IMG/VR virus record: IMGVR_UViG_3300005259_000074
Coordinates: 117,956-181,955 of that record
Source of the DNA: a virus
DNA: 64,000 nt
Direction: 5' to 3' (one strand)
Part shown: piece after piece, positions 50,287-56,987 of the stretch
Position numbering within the stretch: the stretch's first letter is position 1
How the letters are laid out: every line of letters starts with the position of its first letter
Notes under the pieces: model-generated
What the model was told of the DNA's origin: nothing
Databases searched by the model: none
The model's input: only the letters and a program-made list of their open reading frames with translations
Position numbers and translations under genes: made by a program

Positions 50287-50678
50287 CGGAAATCATCGTC
50301 ATCGATCTTCGCGTTTGTGACACCTATGGCTTTAAAGAACGCCCCCATGTCGAAGTTGTCGACTACGGTGAATCCTCTGATCTTTCCTAGGTCTTCGTCA
50401 AAAGATATACTCCACGGATCGTACCATCCAAATTCTTCGCTGATCTGACCGTCTGATTCTCCGCTGAAAAACTGTTCTTTGATCTCTCCGCAGTCCGCCA
50501 TGTTAGCGATTATGATCAGTTCTTCAAGAGGTTTGTCATGGGTGTCGGAGGCCGTCATCAGAGCGGCGATGTCGCAGTGCTTGTCTATAGCAGCAACCTG
50601 TGTGTCCGTGAGATCGCGGATGTTCACCACGAACGACGAACAAGAACTGTTGCTGACGAACCCTACTCGAAGTTTCAT
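50283..50678 (-). CDS. GFVSNSS-motif protein
   Basis: MKLRVGFVSNSSCSSF. Confidence 0.75.
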   Translation of the reverse strand: MKLRVGFVSNSSCSSFVVNIRDLTDTQVAAIDKHCDIAALMTASDTHDKPLEELIIIANMADCGEIKEQFFSGESDGQISEEFGWYDPWSISFDEDLGKIRGFTVVDNFDMGAFFKAIGVTNAKIDDDDFR

Positions 50679-50685
50679 TGCTGCG

Positions 50686-51087
50686 TCAGCACGTAGTGAA
50701 TGGGATCACTAACGGCTCTTCTTTGAAGTTCTTTCGGAATGTTTTGACGCACTCCTTGAAGTTGTCTTCGAAATCTGAGATAGATTCTTCTCCGCCGTTC
50801 TCTACGTCTGCGACAGTCAGACCGAGTATGAATCGCTCGAAACATTCATCACTGTTGATCTCGACGTCTTTGATCTTCATCTTGTCGAACGCCTCTAGGA
50901 TGATCTCTTGGATCTCTCCTGGATCTTCTTCATCTATGTCCTCAGCTACTGCGGCGTACGTCTCTTTGAATTTATCGAGGTTTTTGTTGAGGAATTTCAC
51001 GAGGTCTCCAATTTCTTCAAAAGACTTTCCAACGATGAGAAAGCTCGAAGAACTGCTGTTAGACACGAATCCCGCTCTGATCTTCAT
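50686..51087 (-). CDS. GFVSNSS-motif protein
   Basis: MKIRAGFVSNSSSSSF. Confidence 0.75.
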   Translation of the reverse strand: MKIRAGFVSNSSSSSFLIVGKSFEEIGDLVKFLNKNLDKFKETYAAVAEDIDEEDPGEIQEIILEAFDKMKIKDVEINSDECFERFILGLTVADVENGGEESISDFEDNFKECVKTFRKNFKEEPLVIPFTTC

Positions 51088-51099
51088 CTTCTACCCCTT

Positions 51100-51399
51100 T
51101 CAGTATGTTTCTTGCAATATGTCGATCTTCATCTCTCTCAACATGAAACCCAAAAGAATGCTCACGTGTTGGTCAGTTGTGAGATGGTATGCTGAGAGTC
51201 CCTTGCACTTCCCATCGGAGATCTTCTTCTTACTCTCTTCATTGAGGTCCCAATCAGTCTCGTCTAGATCGTGTACTGAAGAATCGAACTCCGTTTCAGC
51301 TTTGCACATCCTCTTCATGAAACCCAGCTGATCTTTGTCAGCTAGTACTATGAAGCTAGATGAACTGCTGTTAGACACAAAACCATCTCTGCACTTCAC
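51100..51399 (-). CDS. GFVSNSS-motif protein
   Basis: MKCRDGFVSNSSSSSF. Confidence 0.75.
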   Translation of the reverse strand: MKCRDGFVSNSSSSSFIVLADKDQLGFMKRMCKAETEFDSSVHDLDETDWDLNEESKKKISDGKCKGLSAYHLTTDQHVSILLGFMLREMKIDILQETY

Positions 51400-51629
51400 T
51401 TTGACCTCTTACTGTTTTACCATGAATGAACCGAAGATTATGATCGACCATATCCCGACTATCGTGAAGAAGATGTAGTCCATCAATGACATTCACTTGC
51501 TGTCGAAATAGACAGCTACGCTGACGACGAGCAACACTGCTAGAAAAATGAGGATTATGACTGACACTTGACACCTCTTTGACAATTCACGTTTGAACCT
51601 AGACTAGTATACTTGCTACTGATTAACTG

Positions 51630-51935
51630 TCATAGGTTCGATAATTCATTATCTGTTTCATTTGCTATTTCAGCGAGGATTTCTGCGTGGCAATATTTTG
51701 GAGAGCACCAACATCCCAAGATCTTGTCTTTCAATTCACATCTTACTTTTTCTCTCAGTTCTATGTTCTCATTCAGCCATTTTTTGAACTTGAGGATCAC
51801 TTCATTCCGATTTCCATCTTTTCCAATCTCGAACGGATTTCCGAATGGACTTGGCCGTCCCACATAAACATCATATGTCGTCTTTTTGCAGTGCACGACA
51901 TACTTAGCGTATTTTCTCTTGGAAGATTTTGACAT
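51630..51935 (-). CDS. DUF4326 domain protein
   Basis: VYVGRPSPFGNPF..LGCWCSPKYCHAEIL. Confidence 0.85.
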   Translation of the reverse strand: MSKSSKRKYAKYVVHCKKTTYDVYVGRPSPFGNPFEIGKDGNRNEVILKFKKWLNENIELREKVRCELKDKILGCWCSPKYCHAEILAEIANETDNELSNL

Positions 51936-51942
51936 ATGAAGT

Positions 51943-52014
51943 AGCCCAAAATCGGTGCCGACCCGATGACCTCGTCCTTACCAAGGACGTGCTCTACCGC
52001 TGAGCTACTTGGGC
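51943..52014 (-). tRNA. tRNA-Thr(GGT)
   Basis: Cloverleaf; CGTCC-TTGGTAA-GGACG; no encoded CCA. Confidence 0.9.
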
Positions 52015-52020
52015 ATATGT

Positions 52021-52094
52021 TGGTGCGGTTAGGGAATTACGATATCCCGATTGCTGTCTGGCAGGCAGCCGTCTTTCCTCTAGACTATAACCGC
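52021..52094 (-). tRNA. tRNA-Gly(GCC)
   Basis: Loop CTGCCAG; ACCA end; atypical T arm. Confidence 0.85.
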
Positions 52095-52105
52095 AATGTA
52101 ATTAT

Positions 52106-52498
52106 TTACCCTCTCAGGCAGCTTCCACAAGCTCCAGAAGGTTTGCAGTCTTCTGGACACCTTGTCATATCTTCTTCGTCTCTGTACTTCTCGATCATTG
52201 TCTTAGCTGTGAAGATCAACGCGCGATTTCTAGCGCCTTTCATCGTCTTGGAGTATGGAGTGACCTCTAAAAATCCTTTCCACGTGACGAATCCCCTATA
52301 AGTCTTACCCACGCTGAACACGTGGACTCTGACATCTTTCGCTGGGTCACAGTGATATCTGTTATCTCGCTCTTTCACCCACTTAGCTTTCTTGAAGACC
52401 TGCAATCGTTCTTTCACGTCGAACAGAGTTGGATGATACTTGACATCGTCTTCTGAGAACGATATGTCTATCTTCTGCATGATCGTGAAATTGTCCAT
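52106..52498 (-). CDS. Hypothetical protein
   Basis: 130 aa with Cys-rich C-terminus. Confidence 0.55.
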   Translation of the reverse strand: MDNFTIMQKIDISFSEDDVKYHPTLFDVKERLQVFKKAKWVKERDNRYHCDPAKDVRVHVFSVGKTYRGFVTWKGFLEVTPYSKTMKGARNRALIFTAKTMIEKYRDEEDMTRCPEDCKPSGACGSCLRG

Positions 52499-52499
52499 G

Positions 52500-52694
52500 T
52501 CATCTTCTCACTTCTGGTATTGGAAGTCCTTCTTCTCTCAGCATTTCTATCCCATCATCGATAGCTTCTTCTAGAATCTCTAGAGCTTTCACTTGGTCTC
52601 TATCAATACCCGACAGATGAGGAAAATCTTTGCACACGGCGATGAACTCACCGTGTTCTTCGTCGTACACAATGATCTTGTTGTAGTGTGACAT
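52500..52694 (-). CDS. Orphan HicB-like antitoxin domain
   Basis: YDEEHGEFIAVCKDFPHLSG...ALEILEEAI..LREEGLPIPE. Confidence 0.75.
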   Translation of the reverse strand: MSHYNKIIVYDEEHGEFIAVCKDFPHLSGIDRDQVKALEILEEAIDDGIEMLREEGLPIPEVRR

Positions 52695-52769
52695 TGGTAT
52701 CCTCTGTAGGTAACGAGCCTACGACCTTCGCGATGTGAACGCGATGCTCTACAACTGAGCTAAGAGGAC
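52695..52769 (-). tRNA. tRNA-Val(CAC)
   Basis: TCGCG-TTCACAT-CGCGA; ACCA. Confidence 0.9.
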
Positions 52770-52780
52770 AAGAAACTTCA

Positions 52781-53122
52781 TCATTTCCACAATTTGTACC
52801 AAGAGAACGGCTTCGGCCACTGATCGTTAGGCCTTGGACAGAACACCAACGCAGTCTCAGCACCACCAAGTCCCGACTCGGTCATCAACACGTATTTGTC
52901 GAACTTCTTGGCGTTCTCAAATTCTCTGTCGTTGAGCTTACAGATGCACTTCCTGAAAGACTTGTCTAGCCATAGGTCGTAGTCTGCGTCTTTCCCAGAG
53001 AACTGCCTGTCGGCCGCTAACACTCCGTGCCCGACGGCCAGCATAGCGTGTCCTATGTCGATAGACTCTCTGACCAAGATGTACATCCTGGTGCTGCACT
53101 CAGTCGAAGTCGTCGTACTCAC
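52781..53122 (-). CDS. PTH2-family peptidyl-tRNA hydrolase-like protein
   Basis: MYILVRE..GHAMLAVGH..W...FRKCIC..ETALVFCP. Confidence 0.7.
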   Translation of the reverse strand: MSTTTSTECSTRMYILVRESIDIGHAMLAVGHGVLAADRQFSGKDADYDLWLDKSFRKCICKLNDREFENAKKFDKYVLMTESGLGGAETALVFCPRPNDQWPKPFSWYKLWK

Positions 53123-53285
53123 TGTACTTGTCCATTTCTACGTCATCTAGGAGTTCTTCGATGAGCTTCTTCTCAGACACTCGTTTTTCGTTGCGGTTCT
53201 TCATCGTCTTCTCTTGTGGGTTGACTTCCCACATTTTGCGTGTCAATTTGTAGGACGGCGTCTTCTGGTGCTTCTTAGAGCTCAT
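53100..53285 (-). CDS. Small hypothetical protein
   Basis: Coupled ORF; RKMWEVNP. Confidence 0.55.
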   Translation of the reverse strand: MSSKKHQKTPSYKLTRKMWEVNPQEKTMKNRNEKRVSEKKLIEELLDDVEMDKYSEYDDFD

Positions 53286-53443
53286 TTCATCTTTCTCTTC
53301 TTGATAACTGTACTGCGTCTAGCTCTCTTCCAGAATTCCTCAGTGAGTTCTGGAATGTCTGAATAGTCTATTTCAGAATCTTTCATCGCCCTGAGTCTGT
53401 CGATGTCATCTTGTTTTATCTTTCGTGTAGAGCGATCTACCAT
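53282..53443 (-). CDS. Truncated BrnA-like antitoxin (N-terminal part only); absent from ORF track
   Basis: Translated by hand: MVDRSTRKIKQDDIDRLRAMKDSEIDYSDIPELTEEFWKRARRSTVIKKRKMK. Confidence 0.7.
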   Translation of the reverse strand: MVDRSTRKIKQDDIDRLRAMKDSEIDYSDIPELTEEFWKRARRSTVIKKRKMK

Positions 53444-53598
53444 TCTGTGATAGTCTTTCTGAAATCTTCTTTCGGAAGATTCTTATACCTGCGAACTTTC
53501 TTCTTGCAGTAAGGACAGCGTTCTCCTTCGCTCACGAGTGCGTGATCGCAACATGGACACCAAGAATGCCTGTATCTGTGTAAAGGGCCGCGCTTCAT
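53437..53598 (-). CDS. Small zinc-ribbon protein
   Basis: WCPCC..CPYC; starts just after tRNA-Val(TAC). Confidence 0.5.
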   Translation of the reverse strand: MKRGPLHRYRHSWCPCCDHALVSEGERCPYCKKKVRRYKNLPKEDFRKTITEW

Positions 53599-53601
53599 AA
53601 T

Positions 53602-53676
53602 TGGTAGGAGTAGAGGAAATCGAATCCCCATAGCCGACGTGTAGAGTCGGTGCACTTACCGTTGTGCTATACTCCC
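53602..53676 (-). tRNA. tRNA-Val(TAC), C33 variant
   Basis: CCGAC-TCTACAC-GTCGG; ACCA. Confidence 0.85.
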
Positions 53677-53684
53677 ATAACAAA

Positions 53685-53785
53685 GTCTAGATCGAGCAAG
53701 TTTGGAGCGGTCCGGACATTTTACTGCAGCAATCTGTCCAAACATCCTAAAGCATCTAATTATATATTTCTTGCTCGACCTAGAC
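53685..53785 (-). ncRNA. Unassigned structured RNA, about 100 nt
   Basis: 16-bp closing stem GTCTAGGTCGAGCAAG/CTTGCTCGATCTAGAC. Confidence 0.5.
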
Positions 53786-53797
53786 CCATAAATCATC

Positions 53798-53932
53798 TGG
53801 TGCCTATAACCGGTCTCACGACCAGTAACCCTCCCGACTCCTCGACTGTTGGTCTAGCAGATTTACCATGGCACTCTGCTATACTCTGTCGCACCCTCGT
53901 TCGCGTGAAAGCAATCGATTGCTTTCCTAGGC
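53798..53932 (-). ncRNA. CCA-ended tRNA-like RNA, about 135 nt
   Basis: GCCTA/TAGGC-ACCA acceptor-like stem, T-arm-like hairpin, extra hairpins. Confidence 0.5.
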
Positions 53933-53957
53933 TGGCGCTTGACGTATCAAGCGTAAA

Positions 53958-54031
53958 TGGTCCCTCCAGCAGATCTCGAAACTGCGTCTCGGGCTTATGA
54001 AACCCGCGTTCTTCCTGTGAACTATAGAGGG
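53958..54031 (-). tRNA. tRNA-CAT (elongator Met or Ile2)
   Basis: CGGGT-TTCATAA-GCCCG; ACCA. Confidence 0.85.
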
Positions 54032-54041
54032 ATAATGCACG

Positions 54042-54115
54042 TGGTACTCCTTGAGGGTTCGAAACCTCGACCTCTTCCATGTCACGGAAGTGCTCTACAA
54101 CTGAGCTAAAGGAGC
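54042..54115 (-). tRNA. tRNA-Val(GAC)
   Basis: CTTCC-GTGACAT-GGAAG; ACCA. Confidence 0.9.
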
Positions 54116-54546
54116 ATGAGATCGTTCTTGACTGTCCTTCTGATGTTCTTCCTTATCAGCATGATCATCTTACCTAGTACGTTCTTCCCAGTGCCTTTGC
54201 ACTGGCTGCAATAACATACTCCCCAGCAGCGGTCGTGCCACGTGTTGCCTTCTTCGAGGTACTGATCGCCTGTGTCTAGCAACTTCTGCCTCAACACTGG
54301 GTCTCTGAACTTGTAGACCAGAAGTCGGTACATCACTCGGTACTTCTTGACTTCCCAGTCTGGAACCATTGAACAGACTTGACCTGCTCTCTTGGCTTGC
54401 CCTGGAGATGGGAGGTGAGCGATGTACTTCCTAGTCGAGGGACTAGATGCTTTCGCAGCTTGGTAGTAGTGCTCGATAGTCTTTCCGTTCGGGAACTTCG
54501 AAAAATTGGAGAGCCAACGAGTGTCGCCGCGAAATTCCTTGATCAT
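54106..54546 (-). CDS. NADAR family protein
   Basis: WLSNF..EHYYQAAK..AKRAG..DW..KF..LL.TG..L.EGN.WHD..WG..GKNVLGK; start moved to ATG 54546 (GAGG SD). Confidence 0.9.
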   Translation of the reverse strand: MIKEFRGDTRWLSNFSKFPNGKTIEHYYQAAKASSPSTRKYIAHLPSPGQAKRAGQVCSMVPDWEVKKYRVMYRLLVYKFRDPVLRQKLLDTGDQYLEEGNTWHDRCWGVCYCSQCKGTGKNVLGKMIMLIRKNIRRTVKNDLMLL

Positions 54547-54567
54547 CTCATCCTCTTCGTTTGAATT

Positions 54568-54653
54568 TTCCCGAGCTCCTTCGCGTCTATCCGGTCCTGG
54601 CAGGCGGCGACGTGTAGTGCCGCTCTTCGAGTCGAAGAAGGGACCCTCGAGAA
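54568..54653 (-). ncRNA. Unassigned multibranch RNA directly 3' of tRNA-Gly(CCC)
   Basis: TTCTCGAG/CTCGGGAA and GGTCC/GGACC stems plus two hairpins. Confidence 0.45.
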
Positions 54654-54727
54654 TGGAGCACTGTGGGAATTCTGACATCCCAACTGCAACTTGGGAAGTT
54701 GCGGTCTTTCCTTTAGACTAACAGTGC
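54654..54727 (-). tRNA. tRNA-Gly(CCC)
   Basis: GCAAC-TTCCCAA-GTTGC; TCCA. Confidence 0.9.
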
Positions 54728-54730
54728 AGA

Positions 54731-54804
54731 TGGTGCGAGTAGAGAATTCCGACATCTCGTCGCTAGTTTGGAAAACTAGGGTCCTTCCTCTGAACGATAC
54801 TCGC
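54731..54804 (-). tRNA. tRNA-Gly(TCC)
   Basis: CTAGT-TTTCCAA-ACTAG; ACCA. Confidence 0.9.
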
Positions 54805-54936
54805 ATTAACACTCGGACTACTGATCCCTCTCCGGTCTCGACTATACGGTGACCTCGAGTGGATCCTTCATCCGAATCTGGCTCGGATAGATGTGGAGAG
54901 CGTCTATACGGTTCTTCACGTCTATTCGAAAACTTC

Positions 54937-55012
54937 TGGCGCATCCAAGGAGTGCTGACCTCCTGACCTGCGGATCGACAATCCGCTGCACTAACCGTTG
55001 TGCTATGGATGC
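54937..55012 (-). tRNA. tRNA-Asp(GTC)
   Basis: GCGGA-TTGTCGA-TCCGC; GCCA. Confidence 0.9.
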
Positions 55013-55027
55013 ATGATCTAATATACT

Positions 55028-55101
55028 TGGTACTCCATAGCGGTGTTGATCCGCTTCCTCATGGCTGAGAACCATGTGGTCTACCGTTAACCTAATGGAG
55101 C
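55028..55101 (-). tRNA. tRNA-Glu(CTC)
   Basis: CATGG-TTCTCAG-CCATG; ACCA. Confidence 0.9.
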
Positions 55102-55109
55102 ATGAATTC

Positions 55110-55185
55110 TGGTGGACGCAGTGGTAATCGAAACCACATTCTCCGGGTGCAAACCGAAAGTAATAAACCGTTATACTATGCGCCC
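55110..55185 (-). tRNA. tRNA-Ala(TGC)
   Basis: Loop TTTGCAC; G3:U70; ACCA. Confidence 0.9.
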
Positions 55186-55341
55186 TGTTGAATCTCTAAA
55201 GATTCATAAAGATAAATCAAACTGCCGCTCCTGTCAATGAAGACCAATTGAATCTTCACGAGAGCGATCTTCTCTCATTGCAACGCACTGAGATCTATCC
55301 GGACTACAACCGGAGTTCGATAGGCGGACGTCTCCGCTTTC

Positions 55342-55417
55342 TGGTGGATACGGGAGGTGATCGAAACCTCTCTTGCAAGATGCGAACCTGCCGTGCAGCC
55401 ATCTACACTACCGACCC
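55342..55417 (-). tRNA. tRNA-Ala(CGC)
   Basis: Loop TTCGCAT; G3:U70; one bulged base in the acceptor stem. Confidence 0.85.
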
Positions 55418-55438
55418 ATAATAATGATGCATCTGACT

Positions 55439-55514
55439 TGGAGCCTACGGGCAAGGATTTGAACCGCCATCCATCGGGTACAGACCGATGATTCTACCTT
55501 TGAACTACGCAGGC
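55439..55514 (-). tRNA. tRNA-Thr(TGT), C33 variant
   Basis: ATCGG-TCTGTAC-CCGAT; 2-nt bulge in T stem; TCCA. Confidence 0.85.
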
Positions 55515-55525
55515 ATGAAAAACTG

Positions 55526-55607
55526 TAACAGAGGTGGAGAGTTGAACCCACAATGCGTTTCCGCCTGGGTTATGAGCCCAGTTAGCCTACCGAGGCTCGT
55601 CTCTGTA
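55526..55607 (-). tRNA. Initiator-like tRNA-Met(CAT) with long variable arm
   Basis: CTGGG-CTCATAA-CCCAG; 1:72 mismatch; GCG-GAAA-CGC extra arm. Confidence 0.7.
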
Positions 55608-55610
55608 ATC

Positions 55611-55699
55611 TGGTGGAGAGGGAACGATTCGAACGTCCGACACAGAGCCCTAATTCAAACATCAGTTGGCTCCTGCTCTACCGCTGAGCTACCTACTCC
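55611..55699 (-). ncRNA. tRNA-like RNA with elongated anticodon arm
   Basis: Canonical D arm, T arm and ACCA; anticodon stem closes 18 nt. Confidence 0.7.
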
Positions 55700-55716
55700 A
55701 TTATTTCTATGAAGAG

Positions 55717-55790
55717 CTCCTGTGGCATGGCTCGAACATGCGACTTGGAGATTAACAATCTCCCGTTCATACCGACTGAACTACACAGGA
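55717..55790 (-). tRNA. tRNA-Asn(GTT) inside a 21-bp inverted repeat
   Basis: GGAGA-TTGTTAA-TCTCC; no encoded CCA. Confidence 0.85.
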
Positions 55791-55806
55791 GCTCTTCATA
55801 GAAAGT

Positions 55807-55882
55807 TGGCTCACTTGGCTTGATTCGAACAAGCATGTTCAGAGTTAACAGCTCTGCCTACTGCCAATTGTAGTACAAGTGA
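55807..55882 (-). tRNA. tRNA-Asn(GTT)
   Basis: CAGAG-CTGTTAA-CTCTG; GCCA. Confidence 0.9.
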
Positions 55883-55894
55883 ATAAGAAATTAG

Positions 55895-56020
55895 ACTGGT
55901 CGCTCTTCCGCTGAGCTATCGTGTACATTCTACTTCGTTAGCTGGACTCAGTAGAAGTAGGTCCTCCGCGTGCACTCATCAGACCACTCACGAGTCGGAT
56001 TTGAACCGACGTCTTCCAGT
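55895..56020 (-). ncRNA. Circularly permuted tRNA-like RNA B
   Basis: ACTGG-var-T arm-TCGTG ... CACGA-TA-D arm-CCAGT. Confidence 0.7.
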
Positions 56021-56050
56021 TGATGGTGTCTCTAGGGCACCTTAATGAGT

Positions 56051-56123
56051 GCGAGTGTTCTACCATTAAACTACCAGCAAGGTATTTCACTCGCCAGCTT
56101 GGAATCGAACCAAGACCTCTCGC
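56051..56123 (-). ncRNA. Circularly permuted tRNA-like RNA A (YrlA-like topology)
   Basis: GCGAG-AGGT-CTTGG TTCGATT CCAAG-CTGGCGA-loop-TTGCTGG-TA-GTTT AATGGTA GAAC-A-CTCGC. Confidence 0.75.
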
Positions 56124-56350
56124 TTTGGTGGAACGCCGCTCTTTTCATAACCGCGCCCCATAAATGCCTCGACACATTAGCCGCTATGCTACTAGTGCCA
56201 ACAAATCCACTGAAAAGCATGGTTGTGTTGCAACACAGTTCTCTCCTAGAAGAGAACGCTCGTCAGTTTCATTGAGGTGTCGAAACGCGGTTGCAATCCG
56301 CTTTACGACCTATTGCACAAGTTGGGATTTGAACCCAACTCTTCGAGGGT

Positions 56351-56426
56351 TGGTGGTGTCGGCGGGCAATGATCCCACAACTTTCCGGGTAAGAGCCGGA
56401 TACTCTGCCAATTGAGTTACGACACC
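56351..56426 (-). tRNA. tRNA-Lys(CTT)
   Basis: TCCGG-CTCTTAC-CCGGA; ACCA. Confidence 0.9.
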
Positions 56427-56433
56427 TTGAATC

Positions 56434-56557
56434 TGGTAACGGACCTACATTTAGTAGTGCCTCATGGGCTATGTTGCCCAGCGTGCTGCCCCGCCAAATG
56501 TTTCTATCCGGGGCGAGGTGACGCAGTGATGGTTCTGCGCCTTTACACCATTCCGTA
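56434..56557 (-). ncRNA. Expanded initiator-tRNA-like RNA, 124 nt
   Basis: T-ACGGA/TCCGT-T-ACCA; two hairpins in the D-loop position; TGGG-CAACATAG-CCCA. Confidence 0.55.
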
Positions 56558-56565
56558 ATAAACTG

Positions 56566-56633
56566 TAGCGGAGCTGGATTCGATACCAGATCACCAGGTT
56601 ATGAGCCTAGTATGCTACTTACACCACCCCGCA
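56566..56633 (-). tRNA. Initiator-like tRNA-Met(CAT)
   Basis: T-GCGGGG/CTCCGC-T 1:72 mismatch; CTAGG-CTCATAA-CCTGG. Confidence 0.75.
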
Positions 56634-56654
56634 TGTTGGTGTCTCTAGGACACC

Positions 56655-56980
56655 ATAAAGAGTCATCAGTTGACGCTCTCCGAGCGATCATCAGAGGTGG
56701 AGAAGTTTCTTAGACAGAGATGAATCTTGACGGGACCATTTGAGTTGGGTAAAAACCCACGTGAGGTCCTTCGTGGCACATGTCTGTCAGACGCCGGCTG
56801 CTCAGCAACCGACATCGCTCCTCCACCTCGGATGACCACTGGAAAGCGATCACCTGAGAATAATCCTCATTTTCAAAGAACGGTGCATGAGCTTTAGTAG
56901 CACGCATATCTCTCAGTCTGTTCAGCTAGCGACTTGCGCCTCTAGCATCTGAAAGCTCTCGCGACTCATGCTGAGTCCAT
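56655..56980 (-). ncRNA. Unassigned large structured RNA
   Basis: About 33-bp bulged helix 56818-56851/56672-56705 closing a three-way junction. Confidence 0.55.
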
Positions 56981-56987
56981 TTTGTCT

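Noticed and set aside
53602..53676. Amber suppressor reading of loop TCTACAC (contains CTA)
   Set aside because: The centred anticodon is TAC, two other tRNAs share the same C33 pattern, and TAG is used as a true stop (for example thyX).
54568..54653. Twister or HDV-like (theta) ribozyme after tRNA-Gly
   Set aside because: CCGGATA resembles twister, but the pseudoknots and catalytic motifs of either class could not be built by hand.
55975..55982. Hammerhead ribozyme core CTGATGAG
   Set aside because: No correctly placed stem II followed by GAAA, and no stem I/III pairing found.
56126..56980. tmRNA or RNase P RNA
   Set aside because: No G3:U70 acceptor with adjacent T arm, no tag ORF, and no GAGGAAAGTCC signature.
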